This document shows, one piece after another, positions 10,089-20,674 of a stretch of DNA of 64,000 bases. A program made the translations under genes and the position numbers. The stretch lies in the NCBI GenBank assembly GCA_001777655.1, contig MFER01000013.1, forward strand, positions 2,619-66,618, written 5' to 3'. The notes under the pieces were generated by a model. That model did not search any database. It worked only from the letters and a program-made list of their open reading frames with translations, and was not told the origin of the DNA. Position 1 is the stretch's first letter. Every line of letters starts with the position of its first letter. This stretch comes from Candidatus Doudnabacteria bacterium RIFCSPHIGHO2_02_FULL_43_13b. GTDB lineage: Bacteria; Patescibacteriota; Doudnabacteria; UBA920; O2-02-FULL-48-8.

Positions 10089-10120
10089 TTTTTAAAATCC
10101 GCCGTGAGGCGGATTTTGTT

Positions 10121-10444
10121 TTATAGCTTGAATTCGTCAATGTCAGATGTAAGATCTTGGGCCGGTTGCGCTTCGCGAGCTGGCCGGCGGGACCCTTCTG
10201 GTTCGTAAATCTTGAGGTTTACTCGAGACTTTCTTTTTGCCCCGACCACTCGAAGCAGGGTCCGAATGGATTTGGCGGTTTGTCCTTGGCGACCAATTAC
10301 TTGCCCCATATCTTCCGGATGAAGATGAAGAGTAATCAATACTCCCATCTCATCAACAGTACGCTCGGTTTTCACATCTTCTGGATGATCAACCAGCGCA
10401 CGGACGAGGTATTCTACGAATTCCTGATCTTGTTCTTGTGCCAT
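10121..10444 (-). CDS. KH-domain RNA-binding protein (YlqC-like)
   Basis: GQVIGRQGQTAKSIRTLL KH GxxG motif; position between rpsP and trmD. Confidence 0.6.
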   Translation of the reverse strand: MAQEQDQEFVEYLVRALVDHPEDVKTERTVDEMGVLITLHLHPEDMGQVIGRQGQTAKSIRTLLRVVGAKRKSRVNLKIYEPEGSRRPAREAQPAQDLTSDIDEFKL

Positions 10445-10539
10445 TGCAGTATTGGTTAATTTCTTTTAAAGAACCCTGATTTCGGCCTGATTCGACTAAA
10501 TCTCGCCTGGATCAGTATTTCGAAAACATTATAACAAAA

Positions 10540-10860
10540 TTAGGCCACGGCTTCAACTTTTACATCAATAGGCTTTTCTTCTTTAGCCTTTTTCTTCGGT
10601 CGCCAAGCTTTAACCTTTTTTCCTTCAATCATTTTCTTTTCTACCAATAGATTATGGACAGTTGGTGAAACATGGACGTGTTGAGCAAGCCAATGCTGCA
10701 ATCGTTCCGGATTTTTGATACCAAATTCTTTCCGGTGCGGATTATAATGTCCTAATACCTCAATCACCTGCTTGCTCGCGGCTCTATACGCTTGCGCCAA
10801 AACCACCCTAAAGCTAGGTTTATTTTTAGTCCCAGTCCGTTGTAGTCGTATCGTCAGCAT
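10540..10860 (-). CDS. rpsP: 30S ribosomal protein S16
   Basis: MLTIRLQRTGTKNKPSFRVVLAQ canonical S16 N-terminus. Confidence 0.85.
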   Translation of the reverse strand: MLTIRLQRTGTKNKPSFRVVLAQAYRAASKQVIEVLGHYNPHRKEFGIKNPERLQHWLAQHVHVSPTVHNLLVEKKMIEGKKVKAWRPKKKAKEEKPIDVKVEAVA

Positions 10861-11047
10861 ACCCGGTAGTGAAAGTTCGGTTTAATAATAAATGAATTTA
10901 AAAAAATAATATCCTTAATCTAGATAATTCCGGTAATCTATAATCCGATGTTAATCTTTATCTGTTCCGCTTCGCGGAACAGATATCGAACTTCTACTAC
11001 CGGGCATATTTTATGCTTGCGTAGTATAACAAAAATTTAAAATTTGG

Positions 11048-11656
11048 TCAACGCTTAAAGTGTCGCCTAATCCACCAAGCGATACCGACCAAAATCAAAA
11101 TCACGATCAGAACATCAAATTTTTGAAAATACCCTTGTAATTGCGCCCAATTTTCTCCCAGCTTAAAACCCAAATAGGCCAGAAAATAAGACCAAATAAA
11201 CGAACCTAAAAAATACAAGCTCAAAAATGTTTTGAGCTTAACCTTACCGATACCGGCAGGGATCGAGATGAACGTTCGCACGATCGGCGTCATGCTCCCC
11301 AACAAAGTTGCCCAATTACCAAATTTGGCAAAAAACTTTTGGGTTAACTGCAAATCATACTCGTTGATCAACACAAACCTGCCATATTTTTTGATTAATG
11401 CAGTCCCGCCATAAAAACCTAAACCATAGGTTAAAAGCGCCCCAATGATCGAAGCGCCACTGGCGACCAAGGCGAGTAAAAAAAGTGAAAATCTTCCAGA
11501 GGCTGCCAGAAAACCGGCAAACGGCATGATAACTTCCGAAGGGATAGGAACAGCCGCGGATTGAACTGCCATCAAAACTGCCACGCCTAAATAACCCAAC
11601 TGATCAATGGTCTGGATAACAAAATTTGTAATTGATGAGAGTAAATCAGTTAACAT
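11048..11656 (-). CDS. DedA/SNARE-associated family membrane protein
   Basis: VPIPSEVIMPFAGFLAA and GRF..L motifs typical of DedA. Confidence 0.65.
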   Translation of the reverse strand: MLTDLLSSITNFVIQTIDQLGYLGVAVLMAVQSAAVPIPSEVIMPFAGFLAASGRFSLFLLALVASGASIIGALLTYGLGFYGGTALIKKYGRFVLINEYDLQLTQKFFAKFGNWATLLGSMTPIVRTFISIPAGIGKVKLKTFLSLYFLGSFIWSYFLAYLGFKLGENWAQLQGYFQKFDVLIVILILVGIAWWIRRHFKR

Positions 11657-11659
11657 AAG

Positions 11660-13789
11660 TTACTCGACTAATTGCTCGGCTTTTTCAAGTTTAATCGACA
11701 GAACCTTTGACATCCCCCGATCGTCCATGGTCACGCCATACAAGGTATGGGCTTGCCGCATGGTCTCGCGGTTGTGGGTAATAGTTACAAACTGTGTTTG
11801 ATGGGACAATGTCCCCAAAATTTTCGCAAACCGAATGGAGTTGGCTTCATCCAGTGCCGCATCCACTTCATCCAAAACCACGAAGGGTGAAGGATAGCAA
11901 GCCAACATACTGCAAAGCAGAGCAATGGCCGTCATCGCCCGCTCGCCGCCGGATAACGCAGTAATCGTCGTCAGTTTTTTACCGGGAGGAGTTGCTCGAA
12001 TTTCAATCCCGACAATTTCCGACGCGGGTTTTTTGGGCCGAATCCCGTCCAGTTGCTCTTTGGATTCTGTTTCTGATTCCTCTTCTTCTGATAATTCCTC
12101 ATTAACTGTCGCCTTTAGCAAACTCATCTGGGCCCGACCGCCATTGAATAAAATTCTAAAATATTCCGAAAATTTTTCTGAAATTCTGCTAAATGCTTCA
12201 TCAAATTGTTGTTTGATCACATGATCCAATTCGTCAATCACGGACCGTAAATCAACCGAAGCCTGGGATAAATCTTGGGACTGGGACGACAAATAATCAA
12301 ACCGTTCTTCTGTTTCTTTGTATTCCTTAATAGTTGCTTCATCAACTCCACCAGCCAACTCTAGTTGATGTTTCAGTTTGGCAATTTTATTTATCAAATC
12401 AGGCGAGGTTTGAGCTTGCTTAAAATCAGAAAAATCAGGAATCTCACCAAAAATTTCCAAAACCTCTTTATTTAAATTTTCTAATCTTGTATCAATTCTG
12501 ACTTTTTCCACCAAAATTGAGTTCCGTTCATCTTTTAGTTTGGTCAGCTCCGTGTTTTTTTGGCGAAATTGTTTCTCTTCATTCGATAAAAAGGTTCTTT
12601 TTTGTTTTTCCTCTACGATTAGCTTTGCCTTGGTCTTTCTCTGTCCTTCCATTTCCCTGCTAATCTCTGCCAACTGCTGATTTAGAGCTTCTTGTTTTGT
12701 AAGCAATTCGGTCTTTTTTACCTGACCAAAATCCGCAACCAAAACTTTTAATTTTTGTTTAATCTCTGCAATGTTGGCGAGGCTAAGTGTGTCCAAAATC
12801 GCCTCAAATGAATTTTTAAATTCCATAAAATCCATGCCGGAAGGAAGCTGGGATTTTAACAAGCCTCGAATTTCCGCTAATTTTTCCAATAACCCAAACC
12901 TGCTGTCTTCTAAGCTTTGGAGCTTTTTCTCAAGGATATCTAGAAAGTCATTTGACTTTTCTGTCTGTCGCTCTTCCCTGTCAACTCTTGTTTGGAAATT
13001 TTTAATTTCAGCTTCGAATTTGGCAGTTTGGCTATTTTTCAGCTCCAGATTTTTTGAAACTACACTAAGCTCAGCCTCAAGCAAAAAATACTGATTGCCA
13101 AAATATTGCTTCTGTAAGACGGACAGCTCATTGGCAATCAATTCCCGCTCCGCCATGCGTTTCGCCTGTCGCCTCAGTGATCGTAATCTCGGTTCGATTT
13201 CCTTTAACAAATCAGCGACTCGCGATAAATTCTCTTCGGTTTGCTCAAGCCGCCTGGTGGTTTTTTCCCGTTTCAGATAATACGGTTTAACCCCGGACGC
13301 TTCTTCAATTAAATTTTTAATTTCAGCCGGACCGGCAATCACCAACTGGTCAATCGTTCCTTGCCCGATCACAGTATAATTGACAGCTCCAAATCCCGAA
13401 CGAATTAGAGCATCCACAATATCTAAAAGCCTGACCTTCTGATGATTGATTAAATATTCGGAATCGCCGTTACGGAACAGTTGCCTGGTGATCACCACTT
13501 CTGAATATTCTAAGGGCATTTTATGATCGCGGTTGTCAAAAGTTAAAGACACCTCCGCCATCGAAAGCTTAGATTTTTTATCACTCCCTGCAAAAATCAC
13601 GTCTTCAGATCTTTTCCCGCGCAAAAGTTTGAGTGATTGCTCGCCCATTACCCATCGAACCGCATCTGCGACATTCGATTTGCCGCTACCATTTGGTCCG
13701 ACAATTCCCGTAAACCCTGGATCAAAATCCAAAACAGTCTTATGGGCAAATGATTTAAACCCGTGAAGTTCTAACCTTTTTAGATACAT
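11660..13789 (-). CDS. smc: SMC-like chromosome segregation ATPase, shortened (709 aa)
   Basis: N-terminal Walker A GPNGSGKSNVADAVRWVMGE, C-terminal LSGGERAMTAIALL signature plus VVLDEVDAALD Walker B; adjacent to rnc as in the rnc-smc synteny. Confidence 0.7.
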   Translation of the reverse strand: MYLKRLELHGFKSFAHKTVLDFDPGFTGIVGPNGSGKSNVADAVRWVMGEQSLKLLRGKRSEDVIFAGSDKKSKLSMAEVSLTFDNRDHKMPLEYSEVVITRQLFRNGDSEYLINHQKVRLLDIVDALIRSGFGAVNYTVIGQGTIDQLVIAGPAEIKNLIEEASGVKPYYLKREKTTRRLEQTEENLSRVADLLKEIEPRLRSLRRQAKRMAERELIANELSVLQKQYFGNQYFLLEAELSVVSKNLELKNSQTAKFEAEIKNFQTRVDREERQTEKSNDFLDILEKKLQSLEDSRFGLLEKLAEIRGLLKSQLPSGMDFMEFKNSFEAILDTLSLANIAEIKQKLKVLVADFGQVKKTELLTKQEALNQQLAEISREMEGQRKTKAKLIVEEKQKRTFLSNEEKQFRQKNTELTKLKDERNSILVEKVRIDTRLENLNKEVLEIFGEIPDFSDFKQAQTSPDLINKIAKLKHQLELAGGVDEATIKEYKETEERFDYLSSQSQDLSQASVDLRSVIDELDHVIKQQFDEAFSRISEKFSEYFRILFNGGRAQMSLLKATVNEELSEEEESETESKEQLDGIRPKKPASEIVGIEIRATPPGKKLTTITALSGGERAMTAIALLCSMLACYPSPFVVLDEVDAALDEANSIRFAKILGTLSHQTQFVTITHNRETMRQAHTLYGVTMDDRGMSKVLSIKLEKAEQLVE

Positions 13790-13801
13790 TGATGTTTATT
13801 T

Positions 13802-14485
13802 CTAAAGCTCGGAGACTTTCAGCCCATTTTCGGCAGCGGAAATTTCTGCTTCTTGTTTGGAAGGACCCTTGCCCGTGGCGATTTGCTTCTCCCCGATAAA
13901 AACGCCGACTTCAAAATTTTTATTATGGTCCGGACCCCATTCCGCCAAAACTTTATAATGCGGAGTGACTCCCAGTTTTTCCTGAGCCAGCTCCTGGAAT
14001 TTACTTTTTGGATCCAAAATTTGACCATCCGACATGATCTGGTTTAAGTGTTTAATCACAAACTCATCAATAAACTTTTTCACCGTTTCAAATCCACCAT
14101 CGAGATAAATTGCGCCAATCAATGCTTCGAGCGCGTTGGCTAAAATCACCTGCCTGGCGCGACCGATGTCTTTCGACTCGCCTTTGGAAAGTAAAATAAA
14201 ATTTTCTAAATCCAAATCAGCCGCAATTTCTGACAACATTTTATAATTCACCAGGGCGGAGCGAAAATTCGTCAGCTCTCCTTCTGGGTTAGGGTAATGG
14301 GAATATAGATATTCAGTAGTAATTAATTCCAAAACCGCATCACCTAAAAATTCCAAGCGTTCGTTGTGAGGTAGTGGCCATTTCCGATTCTCGTTTAAAT
14401 AAGACCGGTGGGTCAGAGCGGTTTGCAATAAATCGCGGTCTTTAAATTGAATCTGAATTTGTTTTTCTAATTCTGATAATTCCAT
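13802..14485 (-). CDS. rnc: ribonuclease III
   Basis: ERLEFLGDAVLELI catalytic signature, C-terminal dsRBD. Confidence 0.9.
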   Translation of the reverse strand: MELSELEKQIQIQFKDRDLLQTALTHRSYLNENRKWPLPHNERLEFLGDAVLELITTEYLYSHYPNPEGELTNFRSALVNYKMLSEIAADLDLENFILLSKGESKDIGRARQVILANALEALIGAIYLDGGFETVKKFIDEFVIKHLNQIMSDGQILDPKSKFQELAQEKLGVTPHYKVLAEWGPDHNKNFEVGVFIGEKQIATGKGPSKQEAEISAAENGLKVSEL

Positions 14486-14508
14486 ATTCTGGAAACGTCA
14501 AACGTTTC

Positions 14509-14585
14509 TGGTGGACGCGCTCAGATTCGAACTGAGGACCTTCTCGACGTCAACGAGACGCTCTAACCAGCTGAGCTACGCGTCC
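14509..14585 (-). tRNA. tRNA-Val (anticodon GAC)
   Basis: Reverse complement folds as GGACGCGTAGCTCAGCTGGTTAGAGC...anticodon loop TTGACGT...GGTTCGAATC...CCA. Confidence 0.75.
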
Positions 14586-14589
14586 TAAC

Positions 14590-15438
14590 TTATATAACCT
14601 CTGGTTGAGGAACAGCTTTTGCTTCCTCCAGTTTTTGAGGTTTAACTAACTGATTAAACAACAAAAACCAACTGGCTTGTTGAAAAACGATCAACCACGC
14701 TTGAGTGCTTAAAAAAACAATTGAGCCAAATAAAAATAACAGCAAGCTCAATATCAATCCTCCTTTATAATACGATATCAGTGCCAAAATCACAAATGGA
14801 GAAGCCAAGGCGGCTCCGGTAATTATTCCGCCCAATAGTATGAGGGTCAGGATCAAGCCGGCCTTGAGTAATTTTGTCCAAAACTGCCCGATAAAATTCA
14901 GGCTATTTTTTACACTATCCATAAAGGAAAGATTGAAAATCACGATAAACAGCGGACCAAAAATATTCAACATCCAAATCACAAACAACAAAGGAAACAG
15001 CACCAAGCTTCCCAAGATTGAAAGCAGGACGGCGCGGATGATCAGATCGTGGGAATAAAGATAAGCAATCGGCGAAATAATAATTATGATGGATAAAAAT
15101 AAAAGTGTTTGAACACTAATAGTCAACCACAACAGGCGAACCACAAATAAACCTCCGGTCGAAAATGAGCGGCGAAAAGAGACTTCTTTTTTTTCCGATA
15201 AGGTCCGCAGGGCTAAAATCATGCCGGCTTTGGCGCGAAAATAGACTAAGAGTAACAAACAAACCAGAAAAAGGATCAGTAAAAAATTACTCAGATCATC
15301 CCAAGTATTTATACTATAAAAAAAGTTTATTAAATTGCCAAAAATCAATAACAGGCCATACCGCCACAAAACTTTCTCTTGTTTTGTGATTTCGTAGGCC
15401 TGTTTGAAAATATTAGACAGTGGCTGCAGATGGTTCAA
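14590..15438 (-). CDS. hypothetical polytopic membrane protein
   Basis: 282 aa, >6 hydrophobic helices, no motif. Confidence 0.35.
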   Translation of the reverse strand: MNHLQPLSNIFKQAYEITKQEKVLWRYGLLLIFGNLINFFYSINTWDDLSNFLLILFLVCLLLLVYFRAKAGMILALRTLSEKKEVSFRRSFSTGGLFVVRLLWLTISVQTLLFLSIIIIISPIAYLYSHDLIIRAVLLSILGSLVLFPLLFVIWMLNIFGPLFIVIFNLSFMDSVKNSLNFIGQFWTKLLKAGLILTLILLGGIITGAALASPFVILALISYYKGGLILSLLLFLFGSIVFLSTQAWLIVFQQASWFLLFNQLVKPQKLEEAKAVPQPEVI

Positions 15439-17290
15439 GAAGTGATGGTTTAGCTAATTTTTCTTTGGGGATAATATCCGAAACCAATGCTTCAAACTCC
15501 CTTCGCTCAATGGTTTCTTTTTCGATCAGTCTTTGAGCAATCAAGGTCAAATGTTTACGATATTTCTTAAGAATATCCGCGGCGGTCTTGTAGGCCCGCT
15601 CGATAAAACCCGAGACTTCTTCGTCAATTTTCGCCGCCACTTTTTCTGAATAATTTTTTTGCTCAGCAATTTCACGACCCAAAAAAATCATGTCATGGGT
15701 TTCGCCAAACGTCATGGGACCCAAATTTTCCGACATACCATAACTAGTGACCAATTTGCGGGCTAAGGTTGTCGCTACTTTCAAATCATTTGACGCCCCA
15801 GTGGTCAGTTCGTTGAAAATCATCTTTTCTGTGGTGTACCCGCCTAACGAAACCGCCAAGTCGGCCAAAAACTCCGATTTGGAGTGAAGATTTTTATCTT
15901 CGGTCGGCAGCTTCATGGTGAAACCGGCGGCCCGACCCCGCGAAACAATCGAAACTTTATGCACTGGATCGGCATGAGGCAAAACTGTGGCTACCAAGGC
16001 GTGCCCGGCTTCATGCCAAGCGGCAATTTCTTTTTCTTTCTTGGATAACAAGTGGCTTTTCCGCTCCGGTCCCAACATAACCTTCTCAATCGCGGTCAGT
16101 AATTCAAGTTGAGACACTTCTTTTAGATTTTTGCGGGCGGCTAAAATCGCCCCTTCATTCATCAAATTCGACAAATCAGCGCCAGTAAACCCAGGGGTTC
16201 GTTCGGCAACGGATCGCAAATTGACATTCTTCGATAACGGCTTGCCTTTCGCGTGGACTTTCAAAATCGCTTCCCGATCCGCAATATCCGGCGGGTCCAA
16301 AACTACCTGCCGGTCAAACCGACCCGGGCGAAGCAGGGCTGGGTCCAACACATCAGGGCGGTTGGTGGCCGCAACAACTATGACGTTTGCGTCAGATTCA
16401 AACCCGTCCATCTCCACTAAAATTTGATTCAGGGTTTGCTCGCGTTCATCATGGGAACCGCCCAAGCCCGCTCCCCGCTGTCGTCCCACTGCGTCAATCT
16501 CGTCAATAAACACAATACACGGGGCATTGCGCTTGGCTTTCTTAAATAAATCACGGACTCGAGAAGCTCCCACTCCGACGAACATTTCTACAAATTCCGA
16601 TCCAGAGATGTGGAAAAAAGGCACATTGGCTTCCCCAGCCACTGCTCGGGCCACTAAAGTTTTACCAACCCCCGGGGGTCCTAACAACAGGACTCCTCTT
16701 GGAATCCTCGCCCCTAATGAAAAGAATTTTTGTGGAAATCGCAAAAACTCGACAATTTCTTTCAATTCTTCTTTGGCTTCTTTGATGCCAGCCACGTCAG
16801 CAAATGTGATTCGACGTTTGCGGTCTGACTCATCCATAAGTTTGGCTCCCGATTGGCCAAACGACATGGCGCGGTTATTCGAACCTTGCACTTGGCGCAT
16901 GAGAAACCAAATAAATAACGCAATCAATAAAAATGGAATCAAAAATGGTAAAATCGTGGAAACCCAAAACGAAGAGGAGCTGCTGGCTTTAACTTCAATT
17001 TTAACCTCTTTGAGTTTGGCTGAATCCACGCCATAATTTTTCAAAGTCTCAGACAAAGCCACTTCCCGTTCCTTAGTGGAAGATTGCTCACTCCCGTCTT
17101 TTAAAAATACCGCCAGTTTATCATCCGTAATTTCGATCCGATCAACCAAGCCCTGATTTACCTCGTCCGCGATTTGTGAAATAGAAACCATATTCGCAGT
17201 GGTATTGTCAGTTTCAAACAAGGTGAAAAACCCGGCCACCACCAGGAAAATTAATAAGATGATCAAAATGTTCCGAATAAATCTATTCAT
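15413..17290 (-). CDS. ftsH: ATP-dependent zinc metalloprotease FtsH
   Basis: AAA+ Walker [20 protein letters not shown] zinc motif, N-terminal TM helices. Confidence 0.9.
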   Translation of the reverse strand: MNRFIRNILIILLIFLVVAGFFTLFETDNTTANMVSISQIADEVNQGLVDRIEITDDKLAVFLKDGSEQSSTKEREVALSETLKNYGVDSAKLKEVKIEVKASSSSSFWVSTILPFLIPFLLIALFIWFLMRQVQGSNNRAMSFGQSGAKLMDESDRKRRITFADVAGIKEAKEELKEIVEFLRFPQKFFSLGARIPRGVLLLGPPGVGKTLVARAVAGEANVPFFHISGSEFVEMFVGVGASRVRDLFKKAKRNAPCIVFIDEIDAVGRQRGAGLGGSHDEREQTLNQILVEMDGFESDANVIVVAATNRPDVLDPALLRPGRFDRQVVLDPPDIADREAILKVHAKGKPLSKNVNLRSVAERTPGFTGADLSNLMNEGAILAARKNLKEVSQLELLTAIEKVMLGPERKSHLLSKKEKEIAAWHEAGHALVATVLPHADPVHKVSIVSRGRAAGFTMKLPTEDKNLHSKSEFLADLAVSLGGYTTEKMIFNELTTGASNDLKVATTLARKLVTSYGMSENLGPMTFGETHDMIFLGREIAEQKNYSEKVAAKIDEEVSGFIERAYKTAADILKKYRKHLTLIAQRLIEKETIERREFEALVSDIIPKEKLAKPSLLEPSAATV

Positions 17291-17364
17291 GGATAGGTAT
17301 TAAATGCCTAAAAATTTTACAGAAAATTCTTCCTTCTGTCAACCTTGGGAACGCCCAACGTTCT

Positions 17365-17451
17365 TGGTGCCGGGGACAGGAGTTGAACCTGCACACCCTT
17401 TCGGGTACAAGGTCCTAAACCTTGCGTGTCTGCCAATTTCACCACCCCGGC
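17365..17451 (-). tRNA. tRNA-Leu (anticodon TAG), long variable arm
   Basis: Reverse complement GCCGGGGTGGTGAAATTGGCAGACACGCAAGGTTTAGGACCTTG...GGTTCAACTCC...CCA. Confidence 0.7.
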
Positions 17452-17525
17452 ATGTTTGCCAGCCTGCCCCGAACTGACGCGAAGCGTCTAGTGCGGGGTT
17501 CCGCCACCCAGGCTAGTATCAGCAT

Positions 17526-17783
17526 TTACTTATAGACTTCATGCGTCCCTACAGCATGAAAATATATTAATTCACTTGATGCAAGCTCAAAAACAATTCT
17601 GTGTTGATAGTCTATTGAAAAGGACCAAAAATCTCTTAGCCTGCCGGAAAGTTTATGAGTTTTAAGTTTAGGATCAAAAGGATTTTTACGAAATAACTTT
17701 TCTTTTTGTTCAGCAAGTGTTTTTATTTGTTGTGGCAGTTTCCGGTATTCCCTGGCGAATTTAGGAGAATAAACAATTTTCAT
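17526..17783 (-). CDS. RelE/ParE-family (YafQ-like) type II toxin
   Basis: 85 aa, ...DFWSFSIDYQHRIVFE...IYFHAVGTHEVY pattern; immediately downstream of RHH antitoxin. Confidence 0.6.
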   Translation of the reverse strand: MKIVYSPKFAREYRKLPQQIKTLAEQKEKLFRKNPFDPKLKTHKLSGRLRDFWSFSIDYQHRIVFELASSELIYFHAVGTHEVYK

Positions 17784-17784
17784 T

Positions 17785-18000
17785 TTACCTTAAATCCTTC
17801 AAACTCCGCAAAACCTTTCCACGGCCCCGAGCAATTTGCGTTTGGCTTTCTCGCAGCTCTTGTAATAATTGTTCTTCTTTCCAAAGCCTCATTAAATCTC
17901 GGACAAATTCACTTTTAGTCGCATACCCGCCTTTTTTTACAGCTTCCTCCACCTCTTTTTTTAAAACTTGCGGCATTGATATATTTATTATAGATCTCAT
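17785..18000 (-). CDS. ribbon-helix-helix (CopG/ParD-like) antitoxin
   Basis: 71 aa, KSEFVRDLMRLW RHH motif, 2-nt gap to toxin gene. Confidence 0.55.
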   Translation of the reverse strand: MRSIINISMPQVLKKEVEEAVKKGGYATKSEFVRDLMRLWKEEQLLQELRESQTQIARGRGKVLRSLKDLR

Positions 18001-18089
18001 ATTTTATTTAGCTTTAATAATATATAAGATTGTAATACAATGTGTTACCGTTGTCAAATCTTAAATTTGTTAATCCTCCTCGCTCAGTA

Positions 18090-18169
18090 TTGACAAAATC
18101 TTCAAAATCTGCTAGGATATGCTGTTTACATATTAATTTTGTCTTGCCAGAAGGACAGATATTATAATG
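18090..18169 (+). promoter_or_regulatory. two tandem sigma70-type promoters upstream of GC-island first gene
   Basis: TTGACA(18090-95)-17-TAGGAT and TTGTCT(18140-45)-18-TATAAT(18164-69); AAGGAAGG SD before ATG 18270. Confidence 0.45.
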
Positions 18170-18269
18170 TTATCTTTCCTTCCGGCAAAGAGAAATCTTC
18201 GCCGCCTATTTTTTACAGGAGGTTCTTTCATAAACGAATAGCTAGACAATATCACAAGGAAGGTGACGA

Positions 18270-19340
18270 ATGACAGAGGCCGCGCCAGACCCGGAGGCCA
18301 CTGGGCCCCCGGTGCCAGAACCCGCCAACCCAGGCAAGTGCCCGGGCTGCGGACAGCCGACTCAACCGACCGACGAGTTCTGCGGCCATTGTGGTATCGA
18401 GTTGATCGCCTCTTCTGTGCCGGCGGAAACCCCGCCGAACACAGATGATCCGCCGCTCGATCCCCCACGCGCCGAAGAACTCAAGTTACTCACCCTGCCC
18501 AAAACGCCGATCAACGTCTCGACGGCCGGTGCGACTCATGTCGGACTGGTCAAAGAGAACAACGAGGATACTATTTTTGTCACCGAGGTATCTTACCCGG
18601 TGCATAAAATCGCAGTCCACGTCATGATCGTCGCCGACGGCATGGGCGGAGAACCAGCTGGTGAAGTGTTCGGACAGATCGCGGCCTTGGAGACATGGCT
18701 GGGAATTCGCTGGCTGCTGCCCTTCGAGGAACAGCAACACGGATTTTCGCGCCTCGACTTCTGGCGCTTTCTGGACGGACAATTCACCAACCACCTACCA
18801 GCCCAAATTGCTGCGGCTAACTCGCGCATCCTTCGATACGCGAAAGCCAAGCAGTTGAAAGCCGGCCAGTGCGGCGCCACCATTGCGGTGGCTGTGGCAA
18901 TCTGCGACCTGGAAACAGGCCGCGTGAAAATCCACGGCTACAACGAAGGCGACGCCCGAGTGGGATTGGTCATTGACGGGAAGTTTCAGCTCCTGTCAAC
19001 AGATCAAACCATCTCGGGGTATCCGTTCCGGTTCTTGGGACGACACGAACACATCGGCGGAAACAAATTCAGCTGGGATGTTTGGATGAGTGAACAGCAA
19101 TTCCAATCCTTCTGGGTACTCGCGTACTCGGACGGGCTCTGGAACATGCTCTCGCCCGAACAGATCACCCAAGCCGCCGACTCAACCGCTGACCCCAAAT
19201 CGCTTTGCGACGTTCTGGTGGCCACCGCACTGACGGTGCGGGAACCACACGGACGAACGCTCGGCGACGAGAAGGTTACCACCGGAGATGACAACATCTC
19301 CATCACCACGTTCTACTGTCAAAAGGAGACCGACCGATGA
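18270..19340 (+). CDS. N-terminal C4 zinc-ribbon fused to PP2C-family Ser/Thr phosphatase
   Basis: CPGCG...CGHCG ribbon; PP2C motifs KENNEDT, VADGMGG, YSDGLWNML, DDNISITT; GC-rich. Confidence 0.75.
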   Translation: MTEAAPDPEATGPPVPEPANPGKCPGCGQPTQPTDEFCGHCGIELIASSVPAETPPNTDDPPLDPPRAEELKLLTLPKTPINVSTAGATHVGLVKENNEDTIFVTEVSYPVHKIAVHVMIVADGMGGEPAGEVFGQIAALETWLGIRWLLPFEEQQHGFSRLDFWRFLDGQFTNHLPAQIAAANSRILRYAKAKQLKAGQCGATIAVAVAICDLETGRVKIHGYNEGDARVGLVIDGKFQLLSTDQTISGYPFRFLGRHEHIGGNKFSWDVWMSEQQFQSFWVLAYSDGLWNMLSPEQITQAADSTADPKSLCDVLVATALTVREPHGRTLGDEKVTTGDDNISITTFYCQKETDR

Positions 19341-20617
19341 ACGTTCCACTGTCAGTCACTGTGCAGTCCCTGGTCGCGGCCATGCTGGCCAAGTCCGGGC
19401 TCCGTTCCCAGTTCCACCTCATGATCGAGGTGGGGCTTGGCAAGCTCGAACAGGCCATCAGCGCGGCCTGCGACTACGTGCTGCTCCTCGACGTTTCCGG
19501 CTCCATGAGCGGGATCGTCGGCGAGGTAAGCAAGCTCGATGCGCTCAAGGCGGCATGCGAAAACGTGATCAACCGATTCAACCCGGATGACCGCGTGAGC
19601 ATCATCGCCTTCGATGAACAACCCACCACGATGATGGCGCTCGCCAACTGCGACCACCGCGGCAAGACCGAGGCGATCAACACCGTCTACGGACTTGGTC
19701 TCGGCGGTGCCACCTGCTTCGCTTCGGCTCTGCTGGCGGCCAAGCAGCTGCTGCACGATTCCAGTCACAAGCGCGCCGTCTTGTTCTTCACCGACGGCGA
19801 AAACACCGGCGGCGGGGATCCCCTCCCTGTCGTGACCCAGATGCGCGAAGCCGGCATCACTCTCTACGCCGGCGGCCTGGGCGTCAACAACCAAGGCGAG
19901 CAGGTGCTCGACCAACTGGCGGGAGCCAACTTCCGCTCGCTTACCACCGCGGCCGATGTCGACGCGTTCCTCAAGGACGCGGCGGCGCAGGCAGCCGGAG
20001 CCATCGTCACCAACGCGCAACTTCGGCTGACCCCTGTGACGTTCGCCCAGGTCAACAACTTCGACCTGGTCGCACGGAACGGAACGCCGAACTACGCGCT
20101 CGCAGACAGCACGATGCGCCTCCTGCCCATCGGCGATCTGGCCGAAGGCGACCGCTACCAGGCCTACCTCGGCCTGAACATCGTTCTGCCCGAAGACATC
20201 CGGGCCGGACGGCGAGCGTTCGGCAAGGTTGAGGTCATCGGCGACGTCGTGGCCATGGGCATCAAAGGCCAGGTGCTGGCCCAAACCCCCATCGCAGTCA
20301 TGTTCGGCGACCAGGCGGTCGCCACGGTCAACTCGACCGTCAAGGACATGATCAACACAGCGGCGACTGCCCGCGAGCTCTACTTGGCGGGACAGGCGAC
20401 CAACACGGCGGACGCGGCGGCTCACGTGGCCAACGCGCGCAAGACCGCGGCGTTCTCCCAGGACGCTGTGGCCTCGGCACTGCGGGCACAGATGAGCACG
20501 ATCGAAGCCCAGATTGCCAAGGATCCCGACGCGGCGCAGAAGGCGGCGCGGCGGGCGACCCGCGGCTTCTCGGCTGAAGATGCGGCGGCGGCACTCCGGA
20601 ACCTGCGTCAGAGCTAG
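19337..20617 (+). CDS. von Willebrand factor A domain protein (TerY-like) with Ala-rich C-terminal region
   Basis: MIDAS DVSGSMSG, GGATCFASAL, FFTDGENTGG; start overlaps upstream stop (ATGA). Confidence 0.75.
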   Translation: MNVPLSVTVQSLVAAMLAKSGLRSQFHLMIEVGLGKLEQAISAACDYVLLLDVSGSMSGIVGEVSKLDALKAACENVINRFNPDDRVSIIAFDEQPTTMMALANCDHRGKTEAINTVYGLGLGGATCFASALLAAKQLLHDSSHKRAVLFFTDGENTGGGDPLPVVTQMREAGITLYAGGLGVNNQGEQVLDQLAGANFRSLTTAADVDAFLKDAAAQAAGAIVTNAQLRLTPVTFAQVNNFDLVARNGTPNYALADSTMRLLPIGDLAEGDRYQAYLGLNIVLPEDIRAGRRAFGKVEVIGDVVAMGIKGQVLAQTPIAVMFGDQAVATVNSTVKDMINTAATARELYLAGQATNTADAAAHVANARKTAAFSQDAVASALRAQMSTIEAQIAKDPDAAQKAARRATRGFSAEDAAAALRNLRQS

Positions 20618-20674
20618 TCTCTGGCGCAGGAGCAAGTTCACACGCGACTTCAACCCCTTTCAAGGAGATTCATC

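Noticed and set aside
16527-17036. 169-aa ORF antisense to ftsH (and similar at 12771-13094 in smc, 7599-7970 in rluD)
   Set aside because: These lie inside well-supported genes on the opposite strand with no independent signal.
18133-18468. 111-aa minus-strand ORF spanning the island's left boundary
   Set aside because: It crosses the compositional junction and the promoter/SD of the PP2C gene, and its translation is Arg-rich junk.
19352-20653. Long minus-strand ORFs (433 aa here; also 22201-23091, 23864-24520, 25660-26331, 20352-20663) antisense to the GC-island genes
   Set aside because: Arg/Gly/Pro-rich low-complexity translations with no SD. They are the expected stop-codon-poor artefact of high-GC DNA, and they sit antisense to genes with clear domains.
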